A DNA stretch of 64,000 nt from Chloroflexota bacterium (GCA_009837355.1 VXTR01000035.1:49531-113530), one strand, 5' to 3'; positions 30,533-40,265 are shown, counted from the stretch's first letter. Numbers and translations: made by a program. The notes: generated by a model from the letters alone, not told the origin.

Positions 30533-32854
30533 CTACTTTCCGTTCTTTTCCCACAGAGCTTCCAACACGTTGCCGGGATTCATGGGCAGGACGGTCAGGC
30601 GGACGCCGATGGCGTCGTAGATGGCGTTGGCGATGGCGGCCATCGGAGGCACGATGGGCACCTCGCCGACGCCGCGGACGCCGAAGGGATGGTTGGGGTT
30701 GTCCACTTCTACGATGCAGGTGTCAATCATGGGCAGGTCCAGGCTGGTGGGCATCCGGTAGTCCAGGAAGCTGGAGTTGACCATGTGGCCCTGATCGTTG
30801 GTGTAATACTCCTCGTTGAGCGCCCAGCCGATGCCCTGCACGGCGCCGCCCTGAATCTGTCCCTCCACGTAGGAAGGGTGGATGGCCTTGCCGGCGTCCT
30901 GAATGGCGGTGTAGCGGACGATTTCCACCTTGCCGGTATCCTCGTCAACCTCAACGTCCACGATGTGAACGCCGATGCAGGGGCCGGCGCCGCCGGGGTT
31001 GACGCCGCCGCGCCCGACGATGGGCCCGCCGGTGGGAACCTGGCGAGCGGCCAGCTGCTGGAAGGTCATCTGCAACTGGTCGTCGGCGCGGTGCTTGAGC
31101 ACGCCGTCCTCGTAGAGCACGTCTTCCGCCTCAACCTCCCAGATGCGGGCGGCGCGGGCAATCATCTGCTGTTTCACGTCCTGGGCGGCGGTGTAGGCGG
31201 CGTACCCCGTCTTGAAGGTAACGCTGCTGCCGCCGGTATTGGAGGTAAAGCCGATGCTGTCGGTGTCGCCGATTTGCGGGTTCACGTCTTCCACGGGAAT
31301 GCCCAGCACCTCGGCCAGCTGTTGGGACACTGAGGCCCGGGTGCCGCCGATATCGGGAGAACCTTCGGTGAGGGTGACAGTCCCGTCGGGGTTGACCAGG
31401 GCGACGGCGGCCGACGGGCCGGTGTTGTTGCCCCAGAACCCAGAGGCCACGCCGCGGCCATGACGCTTGCCTTTAGGAGCGCCGTAGTGCGGGTGGGACT
31501 TGGTCGCTTCCAGGGTTTCAACGTAGCCGACTTTGGGGGTCAACGGGCCGGTGGGACGACGGGTGCCTTCCCTGGCGCTGTTCATCAGGCGCAGGTCGAT
31601 GGCGTCGATGCCCAGCTTTTCGGCCAGTTCGTCCAGCGCCACTTCCACGCAGTAGGCCGCCGCCGGCGAGCCGGGGGCGCGGTAGGCTGCCGTCTTGGGG
31701 CGGTTGACCACGATGTCGTAGCCTTCAATCCAGGTGTTGGCGATGTCGTAGGCCGCCAGCACGCAGTTGGCCCCACCGGCTACGGGTGAACCGGGGAAAG
31801 CGCCGGCCTCAAAAATCAGGTGCACCTCGGCGGCGGTGATTTTGCCGTCGTTGGTGGCGCCAATCTTGCAGGATATTTCAGTGCCGGAGGTGGGGCCGGT
31901 GGCTTCAAAGACCTCGGTGCGGTTCATGGCCAACTTGACCGGCGCGTGGGCCTTGCGGGCCAGTAGCGCGGCCACCGGCTCCATATAGACGGCCAGCTTG
32001 GCGCCGAAACCGCCGCCGATTTCCATGGGAATCGCCTTGACCTTGGACACGGGGATGCCCACCAGCCGGGCTGTGTGGTCGCGAACGGTGAAGTGTCCCT
32101 GGCTGCTGGACCAGATGGTGAGGCTGCCGTCGTCGTGCCACATGGCGGTGCCGGCGTGAGGTTCAATGTAACCCTGGTGCACGGCAGAGGTGGACACGCT
32201 GCGCTCGACGATAACGTCGGCCTCGGCAAAGCCGGCGTCCATATCACCCATGCGGAACTCAAAGTGGTTGGCTACGTTGGTGCCGGCGCTGTCATCGTCG
32301 TCGTCCAGCACGCCGCCGGCGCGGGTGCCGGCGGTGTGGAAGGCGGCGAGACGCTCGTGAATCAGGGTAGCTTCGTCGGCCATGGCCTCGCGGGCGTGCA
32401 TCACCGGCGGCAGTACTTCGTACTCCACCTCAATCCGCGACAGGGCTTCTTCGGCCAGGTGGGCGTTGACCGCGGCAACGGCGGCGATGGCGTGGCCCTT
32501 GTACAGCGCCTTGTCCTGGGCCATGATATTGTTGCTCAGGAACTTGAAGTTAATCATCGCGCCTTCGGCCAGGTCTGACGCACGGCCAGTGGGTTCAACG
32601 ATGTCGGAGCCCGTAACCACGGCGCGTACGCCGGGCACGGCCTCGGCCTTGCTGGTGTCGATGGACCTAATGCGGGCGTGGGCGTGAGGGCTGCGCAGCA
32701 CCTTGCCGTAGAGCATACCGGGCAGGTTCAGGTCGGCACTGTAGCGGGCCAGCCCGGTTACCTTGTCCGCCCCGTCGTGGCGGATGGGGCGGGTGCCAAC
32801 GACCTTGTACTCCTTGTCGCTAGTCAAAACCATGTTGGGGGTGTAGTCCGGCAT
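30533..32854 (-). CDS. Xanthine dehydrogenase family molybdopterin-binding subunit
   Basis: KVTG, RSPHAHARI, IGGGFGAK, AYRAPG, GQIQGG, GVGE; GGAGG RBS. Confidence 0.93.
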   Translation of the reverse strand: MPDYTPNMVLTSDKEYKVVGTRPIRHDGADKVTGLARYSADLNLPGMLYGKVLRSPHAHARIRSIDTSKAEAVPGVRAVVTGSDIVEPTGRASDLAEGAMINFKFLSNNIMAQDKALYKGHAIAAVAAVNAHLAEEALSRIEVEYEVLPPVMHAREAMADEATLIHERLAAFHTAGTRAGGVLDDDDDSAGTNVANHFEFRMGDMDAGFAEADVIVERSVSTSAVHQGYIEPHAGTAMWHDDGSLTIWSSSQGHFTVRDHTARLVGIPVSKVKAIPMEIGGGFGAKLAVYMEPVAALLARKAHAPVKLAMNRTEVFEATGPTSGTEISCKIGATNDGKITAAEVHLIFEAGAFPGSPVAGGANCVLAAYDIANTWIEGYDIVVNRPKTAAYRAPGSPAAAYCVEVALDELAEKLGIDAIDLRLMNSAREGTRRPTGPLTPKVGYVETLEATKSHPHYGAPKGKRHGRGVASGFWGNNTGPSAAVALVNPDGTVTLTEGSPDIGGTRASVSQQLAEVLGIPVEDVNPQIGDTDSIGFTSNTGGSSVTFKTGYAAYTAAQDVKQQMIARAARIWEVEAEDVLYEDGVLKHRADDQLQMTFQQLAARQVPTGGPIVGRGGVNPGGAGPCIGVHIVDVEVDEDTGKVEIVRYTAIQDAGKAIHPSYVEGQIQGGAVQGIGWALNEEYYTNDQGHMVNSSFLDYRMPTSLDLPMIDTCIVEVDNPNHPFGVRGVGEVPIVPPMAAIANAIYDAIGVRLTVLPMNPGNVLEALWEKNGK

Positions 32855-32961
32855 CGGCGAATCCTCCGTTGAAACTATCAAGCGGGCAAATGAGGGCCGG
32901 GGCGTCCCGGCGGGCCTATGATAGCATAGCGATAGAACCAGTGGCACCGGGAGAGTCGAAT

Positions 32962-33849
32962 ATGGACACCATTATAATCAAGGGATGCTTGAACGGCAGT
33001 CGGGGACGGGAACATAACCCCAACGTGCCCTGGACGCCGGAAGAAGTGGCGCAGGAAGCAGTGCGCTGCTACGAGGCCGGCGCGTCCATCGTGCACTTCC
33101 ACGCGCGGACGCCGGACGGCGGCATCAGCTACGACCCTGCCTGGTACGCGCAGACCGACGCCATGATTCGCGCGCAGTGCGACCTGGCGCTGAACCACAC
33201 CACGGCACGGCGGGCCGACGTGCCGGTGGAGGCGGTAACGCGCTACCTGCTGGAAACGCCGCAGCCGGTGGAGATGGTGTCGCTGAACCTGGGCATGGGC
33301 GTGCGCTGGGGCATCAATCCCGAAACCGGGCAGCGACGGACTTCTATCACCCCGAACTCCTTTGAGGACATCACCGCAACGCTGGACGCCTGCTACCAGC
33401 GGGGCACCTTCCCGGAGCCGGCGGTGCACGACATGGGCGACCTGAACAACGCCTTCACCCTGATGGAGGAGGGCTACATCAAGGATACCCGCTATTTCCT
33501 GGTGGAACCGGGCGCGCACTGGGGCGACGGCCGGCAGGCCATGGTGGGCTCGCCGCGAAACTACACGCTGATTGCCGAAACCATCCGCGAGCGATACCCC
33601 GAATCCACCTGGCTGGCGCACAGCAGCCTGGGCCAGACCTTCCCGCTGTGCGCCATTGCCATCGCTACCGGGGCGCACATCCGGGTGGGGTTTGAGGACA
33701 GCCCCTATCTGCCCAACAACCCGCAGCCCAAGTCCAACGCCGAGTATATCGAGTGGGCGGTAACCATGGCGCGGCTGCACGGCCGGGAGCCGGCCACGCC
33801 GCAGCAGGCGCGGGATATGCTGGGCCTGATACCGTTTCCGGGGGCGTAG
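32962..33849 (+). CDS. Beta-keto acid cleavage enzyme (BKACE/DUF849)
   Basis: PNVPWTPEE, AGASIVHFHAR, HIRVGFED, GREPATP. Confidence 0.92.
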   Translation: MDTIIIKGCLNGSRGREHNPNVPWTPEEVAQEAVRCYEAGASIVHFHARTPDGGISYDPAWYAQTDAMIRAQCDLALNHTTARRADVPVEAVTRYLLETPQPVEMVSLNLGMGVRWGINPETGQRRTSITPNSFEDITATLDACYQRGTFPEPAVHDMGDLNNAFTLMEEGYIKDTRYFLVEPGAHWGDGRQAMVGSPRNYTLIAETIRERYPESTWLAHSSLGQTFPLCAIAIATGAHIRVGFEDSPYLPNNPQPKSNAEYIEWAVTMARLHGREPATPQQARDMLGLIPFPGA

Positions 33850-33864
33850 GGCGAATCCAAAGCC

Positions 33865-34661
33865 TTAATCAATCCGCCGCCCCCGCCAGTATTGCGCCGG
33901 GCGTTCACGGCCGCCGTACCCGCCGCCGTAGCCCGACGAGTCCCGGCGAAGCATCTTGACCGCCGCGCCCACGACTACCCCCACCACGAACCCGCCGATG
34001 TGGGCGAAGAACGCTGTGCTCACCTGGTCGCTGACGCCGATGGACAGCAGCCCCTGTATCGTTTGCAGGCCAATCCAGATGAGCAGCAGCCATGCGGCCC
34101 GCAGCTCCACGACGGTTATCAGGATGTAGATAATCAGCGTGCGGATGCGGTTGCGCGGATAGAGCAGCAGATAAGCGCCCATCACACCGGAAATCGCGCC
34201 GCTGGCGCCCACCAGCGGAGTCTGCGACGACGGGTCGATGGCGAAGTGCGCCAGCGTGGCCAACACCCCGGCCACCAGGTAAAACACCAGGTATTTGACG
34301 TGGCCGAAGGTGTCCTCGATGTTGTCGCCGAACACCCACAGGAACAGCATATTGCCGATGAAGTGCATCAGCCCGCCGTGGATGAACATGCACGTCAGCA
34401 GGGTTGCCCAGGTAGGGATGGGCGAGGCGATGTCGATGCCGCCGGGCAGGATTTGATAAGCCTGGCCCGACGATAGCTCGGCGGGAATGAAGCCGAACTT
34501 CAGGAAGAATACGAGAATGCCGAGGGTGTCGCCGCCGAACAGGAAACCAAAACCGCCGACGCCAATCTCGTAGAGAAAAACAGGGTGTTCAGCCCCAGCA
34601 GGGTGAAGTTGACGAAAGGGACGCTGCCATGGGGACGCCCGGCGTCGGATATAGGCAGCAC
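33865..34661 (-). pseudogene. Rhomboid protease split by a 1-nt frameshift (pseudogene or sequence error)
   Basis: GTG 34661 gives MLPISD..PFVNFTLLGLNTL, then the frame shifts near 34581 to VFLYE..MFIHGG..GNM..GASG..AHIGG; span 797 nt. Confidence 0.8.
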
Positions 34662-34667
34662 GGCTGA

Positions 34668-35375
34668 CTAGCCGGTCGCCCCGGCGATGTCTTCGGCGGC
34701 GTGGGCGATGATTTCAGCAGCGGTGGTCTGGGAAATCCTGCCGATGTTGAGCATCAGGTGGAACTTGGTGGGGTCGTTGGCATCGGTGCGGAAGAACTTG
34801 CGGTAAAAGGTTACCCGAGCGTTTTCCAGCTCCTCGGCATAGGCGCGCGCCTCTTCGTTGGAGAAGTGCTCGCGCTTGGCCATGGTGTCGATGCGCACGT
34901 CCATGGGGGCGACCAGGCCGACGTGAATCACGCCCGGCGTGTCGGCCAGTATCATGTTGCTGCCGCGCCCGATGATGACCACGTCGCCGCCCTCGGCCAG
35001 TTCCTTGACCACCGAGGTGGTCGCGTCGATAAAAGCGCGGTCATGAACCGGGGAATTGGCCGCGGCGTCGGAGACCAACTCGGTGTAGGCTTCGGCCGGC
35101 AGCATCTCGATGCCGCGGCCGAAGTATGGATCGGCGCCGGCGCCGGCCACGGCGGAACGCTCCAGGACACCCTGCATGAAGCGGGCCACCTTTTCCCGGA
35201 AGGGTACAATCCGCTGCTCTTTTTCAATCAGCTGGCTCACCGGGGAGCCGACCAGGCGCGCCGCTTCGGAGAAGATGTAGCGGTCAACGTAGTTCAGGCC
35301 CATGTTCTGGGCGACCTGGTGGCCGATTTCCAGGGTGCCGCTGCCAATTACCCCGTTGATGGTGATGACCGGCAT
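34668..35375 (-). CDS. Cytidylate kinase-like family protein
   Basis: VITINGVIGSG, VVIIGRG, DPTKFHLMLN. Confidence 0.85.
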   Translation of the reverse strand: MPVITINGVIGSGTLEIGHQVAQNMGLNYVDRYIFSEAARLVGSPVSQLIEKEQRIVPFREKVARFMQGVLERSAVAGAGADPYFGRGIEMLPAEAYTELVSDAAANSPVHDRAFIDATTSVVKELAEGGDVVIIGRGSNMILADTPGVIHVGLVAPMDVRIDTMAKREHFSNEEARAYAEELENARVTFYRKFFRTDANDPTKFHLMLNIGRISQTTAAEIIAHAAEDIAGATG

Positions 35376-35404
35376 GGTTATTCCTCCGTCCCCGTTCCCG
35401 CGCG

Positions 35405-35992
35405 TTACGCGCCGTACTGTGCCAGGACCCGGCTGCGGCGCCGGCTGTATTCGTCGGTCAGCAGACCCATGGCGAAAGAATCGTACCAGTTGCCATCCTT
35501 GCGGTGGGTGCGGCGCAGGTGGCCTTCCAGGACAAAGCCCAGGTGACGGAACATCTGCAAGGCGTGTTCGTTGTACTCGGGCACGTCCACCCAAACCCGG
35601 TGCAGTTCCAGGCTGTCGAAGGCCTCGTCCAGCATCGCTACCAGGGCGGCGGTGCCGTAGTGATGGTGCCAGAGGTCCTTGCGGCCGATGAGGATGAACA
35701 GTTGCGCCTCTTCCAGGGGCCACTCTACGAGCAGTTGCCCTTCACCGATGTGGGACTCATCGGTGGAGTAGATTGAGTAGATGCGCCGTTCGTCCTGGTT
35801 GAAAATCTGGTTCCATTCGTCATCGTTGGCGCTCTCAACCTGCTCGGGCGCATAACCGATGTGCATGGGGTGCCCGTCCGAGTCGTCGGTGCCGTACCAG
35901 AGCGAACTGATTTCAGGGTCGCGGAGCCAGTCCCGGATGCGGGTAACATCCTCCCGGGAAACGGCCGTAGTGAGGCTAACCTGTGGGAACAT
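35405..35992 (-). CDS. GNAT N-acetyltransferase (RimJ/RimL type)
   Basis: IGRKDLW..YGT, LHRVW, YN..A, GFVLEG. Confidence 0.85.
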   Translation of the reverse strand: MFPQVSLTTAVSREDVTRIRDWLRDPEISSLWYGTDDSDGHPMHIGYAPEQVESANDDEWNQIFNQDERRIYSIYSTDESHIGEGQLLVEWPLEEAQLFILIGRKDLWHHHYGTAALVAMLDEAFDSLELHRVWVDVPEYNEHALQMFRHLGFVLEGHLRRTHRKDGNWYDSFAMGLLTDEYSRRRSRVLAQYGA

Positions 35993-36130
35993 GGTCGGTC
36001 TCCTCGAATGCGATGGCGATAACGTCGGATATTCAGGTGGACTTCGTAATGCCGTTATGAGCGTTGGCTTGGGCTGATTATAACACGGGGCGCGTTCCGT
36101 TATGACAATAGAACTGCGTTGCCGTTATGA

Positions 36131-36171
36131 AAACAGGGGCGAACCCGCCATTGGCTGATTCGCCCCTGTTT
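36131..36171 (-). terminator. Terminator after DAHP synthase gene
   Basis: AAACAGGGGCGAA...TTCGCCCCTGTTT stem. Confidence 0.7.
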
Positions 36172-36199
36172 GAAGAAACCGGATGTTGGTGCGGCAAGG

Positions 36200-37249
36200 T
36201 CAGCCCAGTTCGTCGTAGGCCCACTCCAGCAGGTTCACCGTTTCCTCCCATCCGATGCAGGAGTCGGTGATGGATACGCCATATTCCAGCGTGGACGGGT
36301 CCGAGCCCAGCTTCTGCGCCCCGGGGTTGATGTTGCTTTCCAGCATCGCGCCGACCAGGTTCGCGTTGCCGCCGACCCGCTGGCCCAGCACGTCCTTAAA
36401 GGCGATGTGCTGCCGGGTGTGGTCCTTGTTGGAGTTGCCGTGGCTGCAATCCACCACAATGTTGGAAGGAGCGTCGGCCTTGCGCAGCGCCTCGGCGGCG
36501 ACGGCGATGGAGCGGGCGTCATAGTTGGTGCCGCTGCGTCCGCCGCGCATCACCAGGTGGCAGTTCCGGTTGCCCTTGGTTTCCACAATGGATGCCTTTC
36601 CATCATGGTCAATGCCCAGGAACGCCTGCGGCGTGGCCGCCGCCACCAGGGCGTCGACCGCCGTTTGCGGGTCGCCGTCGGTGCCGTTCTTGAAGCCGAC
36701 GGGCATGGACAGCCCGGAGGCCATCTGCCGGTGAGTCTGGCTTTCGGTGGTGCGCGCGCCAATGGCAGCCCAGGTCACCAGGTCGGCAAAGTACTGAGGA
36801 GCGATGGGGTCCAGGAACTCAGTGGCGGAGTAGAGACCGGCTTCGGCGATTTCCATGAGCAGGCGGCGGGCGCGATGCAGGCCGTCCTCAATCTCGTAGG
36901 TGTCGTTGAGGTTGGGGTCGTAAATCAGCCCCTTCCAGCCCACGGTGGTGCGCGGCTTTTCAAAATAGACGCGCATCACCACCATGATGCGGTCGCTCAC
37001 CTGCTCCGCCAGCGGCTTCAGGCGCCTGACGTAGTCCAGCGCCGTCGAATGGTCGTGGATGGAGCAGGGCCCGACAATGAGCGCAAACCGTTCGTCCTCG
37101 TGGTTCAGCACCGCTTCCAGCTGCCGGCGTCCTTCCAGCACGGTGGACTCGGCAGCAGGAGAGAGCGGGATGCTGGCCTCCAGTTCCGATGGGCGAATCA
37201 GTGCGTTGTTGCTCACGACGTTCACATCCTTGGCTTGTAGCGTTGCCAT
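36200..37249 (-). CDS. aroF: 3-deoxy-7-phosphoheptulonate (DAHP) synthase, class I-alpha
   Basis: GPCSIHD, RVYFEKPRT, IGARTTES, GFKNGTDG, DCSHGNS; aroF versus aroG isoform cannot be resolved. Confidence 0.93.
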   Translation of the reverse strand: MATLQAKDVNVVSNNALIRPSELEASIPLSPAAESTVLEGRRQLEAVLNHEDERFALIVGPCSIHDHSTALDYVRRLKPLAEQVSDRIMVVMRVYFEKPRTTVGWKGLIYDPNLNDTYEIEDGLHRARRLLMEIAEAGLYSATEFLDPIAPQYFADLVTWAAIGARTTESQTHRQMASGLSMPVGFKNGTDGDPQTAVDALVAAATPQAFLGIDHDGKASIVETKGNRNCHLVMRGGRSGTNYDARSIAVAAEALRKADAPSNIVVDCSHGNSNKDHTRQHIAFKDVLGQRVGGNANLVGAMLESNINPGAQKLGSDPSTLEYGVSITDSCIGWEETVNLLEWAYDELG

Positions 37250-37299
37250 ATTGTGTCTCCTCTCTGGATGCTGCTGTGGTTGCGCCGGCCGGCTGGTCA

Positions 37300-37337
37300 A
37301 TCAAAAAGGACTTCAGCCTGCGTCCGGCTGAAGTCCT
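37300..37337 (-). terminator. Attenuator terminator upstream of DAHP synthase
   Basis: AGGACTTCAGCC-loop-GGCTGAAGTCCT followed by a U run. Confidence 0.85.
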
Positions 37338-37359
37338 GCCAAAGTGGTCGTAACCAGGG

Positions 37360-37464
37360 TTATTGGGCTTCACACGCCGGCTCTCCGCTGACCGCGCTGC
37401 GGTAAGCGTAAAAGTAAAACGGGCGATAATACCCAAAGTTGATTTGGCGCTGGACGGAAATCAT
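37360..37464 (-). CDS. Tyr/Phe-rich attenuator leader peptide (34 aa)
   Basis: MISVQRQINFGYYRPFYFYAYRSAVSGEPACEAQ*; 5 Tyr and 3 Phe within 12 codons. Confidence 0.85.
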   Translation of the reverse strand: MISVQRQINFGYYRPFYFYAYRSAVSGEPACEAQ

Positions 37465-37473
37465 TGCACCAAG

Positions 37474-37502
37474 ATGCTACGCCGCCACGCCGAGATTGTC
37501 AA
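37474..37502 (-). promoter_or_regulatory. sigma70 promoter of leader/aroF
   Basis: TTGACA (37502-37497), 17 bp, TAGCAT (37479-37474). Confidence 0.75.
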
Positions 37503-37543
37503 CGGGCCGGCGACACTGATTTGCTTGAAATTGTCGCCGGTTC

Positions 37544-38359
37544 CTAATTTTGCCCGGCCAGTTCCGCAACTACTCTGGCGCCGCGCTCAGCCGCGGCATC
37601 GTCCGGGCCATCGGCCAAGGCGTGCACCAGCGCGCTGCCCACCACCGCCGCGTCGGCGCGCTGGCCCACTTCCAGCACGTGCTCCCGCTGCGAAATGCCG
37701 AACCCAACGGCCACGGGCAGGTCGGTGTGCTGCCGTACCCGGTTGACCAGGTCCAGGCCCCGGTCGGACACCTCCGCGCGAGCTCCGGTTACTCCGGTTA
37801 CGCTGAGGCAATAGACAAAGCCGCCGCCAATCTGCGTGGATCGGGCGATGCTTTCGTCGGTGCTGGTAGGAGCCAGCAGCGGAATCAGGTGAATGCCATG
37901 GTTCCCCAACTGCTCAATCAGCGGTTGCGCCTCGTCGCTGGGCAGGTCAACGATAATTAGCCCGTCCACGGTGGCGTCGGCGCAGGCGTCGGCAAAACGT
38001 TCCAAGCCATAGGCCAGCAGGGAATTGTAGTACCCCATCAGGATAACGGGAGTATCGCCAATGCGGGGGCGCAAGTTGGCTGCGGTGTCCAGGCAATCCT
38101 GGATAGTGATACCGTTCTGCAGGGCAACGAAGCTGGATTCCTGGATTACCGGGCCCTCGCCGATGGGGTCGCTGAAAGGCATTCCCAGCTCGATGGCGTC
38201 GGCGCCGGCGGCGACGAGGCTCGGCACCACGTCCAGCGCAGCGTCGCGGTAGGGATGGCCCACCGTGACGAACACCACCAGGCCGGGCCGTCGCTCGGCC
38301 TTAATGGATGCAAACTTGGCGGCGATGCGGTCGGCGCGGGCAATTGATTCGGTTGCCAT
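37544..38359 (-). CDS. trpA: Tryptophan synthase alpha chain
   Basis: IELGMPFSDP, LMGYYN, LAPTS, GVTGAR, VGFGIS, VVGSA. Confidence 0.96.
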   Translation of the reverse strand: MATESIARADRIAAKFASIKAERRPGLVVFVTVGHPYRDAALDVVPSLVAAGADAIELGMPFSDPIGEGPVIQESSFVALQNGITIQDCLDTAANLRPRIGDTPVILMGYYNSLLAYGLERFADACADATVDGLIIVDLPSDEAQPLIEQLGNHGIHLIPLLAPTSTDESIARSTQIGGGFVYCLSVTGVTGARAEVSDRGLDLVNRVRQHTDLPVAVGFGISQREHVLEVGQRADAAVVGSALVHALADGPDDAAAERGARVVAELAGQN

Positions 38360-38607
38360 GAAGGGCCTCGCTGGGGAGCTGGTATTGAATACGGTTTATT
38401 TTACCACCCGGATGGGGATAGATTTGGTGATGTTGGGGTAATGGCTGGCTCCTTTAGGTTGTTCGGTTGATGAGTTGGCTGGCTGATTGTGGTAGGCAGG
38501 TTGGGATGGCGACAAGCACTCCCGTTGTCCTTTTATAATACGGGGTGAAGATTTGCCCGACCGGCCCTGGGCCGGACGTGATACCAAGCAAGGAGTCCGA
38601 TTCATCA

Positions 38608-39237
38608 ATGACCAGCCGTTCCACCAATGTGTTCTGGCAAGACTATGCGGTAGCTCGGGCGGACCGCACCGCGCTACTGCATCAGGAGCCGCTTGTACTG
38701 TGGCTGACCGGCCTTTCCGGGGCCGGCAAGACCACGTTAGCGAACTTCATGGCCAAACGCCTTTACGACAACGGTTATCACGCCTACGTCCTGGACGGTG
38801 ATAACCTCAGGCACGGATTGAATCGGGATTTGGACTTCAGCGAGGCGGCCCGCCACGAAAACGTCCGTCGCATGGCGGAGGTGGCCGGGCTGATGTACGA
38901 CGCCGGGTTGATCACGCTGGCGGCTTGCATATCTCCGTTCCAGTCTGAGCGGGATTTTGCGCGCGGCCTGTTGCCGCCGGGTCGTTTCGTCGAGGTCTTC
39001 GTGGATACCCCTTTGGAAGTATGCGAGCAGCGCGACGCCAAGGGACTGTACCGCCGGGCCCGGGCTGGTGAGATCACCAACTTCACCGGCATCGACTCGC
39101 CCTTTGAGCGCCCGGCCAACCCGGAGCTGACCATTGACAACAGCTGCCGAACCCCGGATGAATGCGCCGACATCGTTATGGACTACCTGAACCGGCACGG
39201 GCTGTTGGCTGCCCCTACAACGCAAACGCCACCGTAG
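38608..39237 (+). CDS. cysC: Adenylyl-sulfate kinase
   Basis: WLTGLSGAGKTT, LDGDNLR, ISPF, KGLY, FTGIDSP. Confidence 0.95.
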   Translation: MTSRSTNVFWQDYAVARADRTALLHQEPLVLWLTGLSGAGKTTLANFMAKRLYDNGYHAYVLDGDNLRHGLNRDLDFSEAARHENVRRMAEVAGLMYDAGLITLAACISPFQSERDFARGLLPPGRFVEVFVDTPLEVCEQRDAKGLYRRARAGEITNFTGIDSPFERPANPELTIDNSCRTPDECADIVMDYLNRHGLLAAPTTQTPP

Positions 39238-39958
39238 CCACCGCCAGCAGGTTCTGCATGGCGTGAACGGCGATGCCGGGCCATACGGATCCGGTGTACC
39301 GGTACAAGCCTCCCAACAGCAGCGCAGTAACGAACACCGGGATGATGACTCCGGGATCGGCGTGCAACCCGGCAAACAGCGCTGAGGACACCGCCAGCGC
39401 CGGGCCAAAGCCCCAGCTGTTAGTCAGCCCGCGCAGCACGAATCCGCGAAAGAATATCTCTTCCGCAACCGGGGTTATTACCACCAGGGCAACCACGCTG
39501 CAAATCACCCATCCACCGGGCAGCAGCAAATCCTCGGGCAGGTCGGGAGGCGTCAGGAAATCCCAACCCAGAGCCACGGTTGCCATGGCGTACAGTTGGG
39601 CAAAACCCAGATTAGCTGCGAACAAGGTAATGCTGGCAACCGCAACCCGCCATCGCTGCATCTTGGCGCGCGCCAGACCTATCGATGCCAGGTTCGGCGG
39701 CCACGCCCGCATCGCCAGCAGCCATACCAGCGCTAGCTGCGCCAGCGCCAATAGTCCGGTTCCCAGTACTGTTACTGCTGACAACGGCATCAGCGTCGCC
39801 AGGGCGGAAACCAGCAGCGCCGTCGGAACCAGCGCCAGGATGCCGAGGGCAACGTGCCGGAATCCCCACGTCGCGCCGCCGCCTTGGTGACTGCAAACCG
39901 GGCAGACGGTGTTTCCCAGCAACAGCATCCTGCCGCACCGCGTACAGTATGAAGTCAT
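39215..39958 (-). CDS. CPBP (CAAX) intramembrane metalloprotease with N-terminal zinc ribbon
   Basis: EEIFFRG, FAGLH, HAMQN; CTRC..CPVC; TATACT 6 nt before ATG. Confidence 0.88.
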   Translation of the reverse strand: MTSYCTRCGRMLLLGNTVCPVCSHQGGGATWGFRHVALGILALVPTALLVSALATLMPLSAVTVLGTGLLALAQLALVWLLAMRAWPPNLASIGLARAKMQRWRVAVASITLFAANLGFAQLYAMATVALGWDFLTPPDLPEDLLLPGGWVICSVVALVVITPVAEEIFFRGFVLRGLTNSWGFGPALAVSSALFAGLHADPGVIIPVFVTALLLGGLYRYTGSVWPGIAVHAMQNLLAVATVAFAL

Positions 39959-40061
39959 TGGACGAGTATAGCCGATTGCCAACGGTGTCAGGTTGCGCCA
40001 TAATGACGCCGCAACGCCGGGAATCCTGACCACACCAAATCCCGGCCCGCGGCAGGCGACG

Positions 40062-40265
40062 ATGTCCACCGATTCCGAATCCACAGCGATTGAGCAGGCA
40101 TTCCTGCAGGTCGCCGCCGGCAACGGCCTCGACATCTCTGACACCGAACGCATGGCGGATTTGCGCCGCCGGGTGGCGTTGATGCGGCAGGGGTTGGAGC
40201 GTCTTTATGAAATTGACGTCGCCGGAGCCGAATCTCCGTCGGTGTTCGTGCCGGCCCGTCGGTAA
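40062..40265 (+). CDS. Small GatC/AtzG-like amidase-associated protein
   Basis: 67 aa, GLDIS..ER..L..IDVAGAESPSVF; directly before the amidase. Confidence 0.55.
   Translation: MSTDSESTAIEQAFLQVAAGNGLDISDTERMADLRRRVALMRQGLERLYEIDVAGAESPSVFVPARR

Noticed and set aside
30533-32854. Aerobic CO dehydrogenase CoxL
   Set aside because: Loop is AYRAPG, not AYxCSFR or AYxGAGR; no coxMS adjacent
38410-38510. G/T-skewed stretch between divergent trpA and cysC as an ncRNA
   Set aside because: No convincing stem or repeat found; divergent -10 boxes explain the gap
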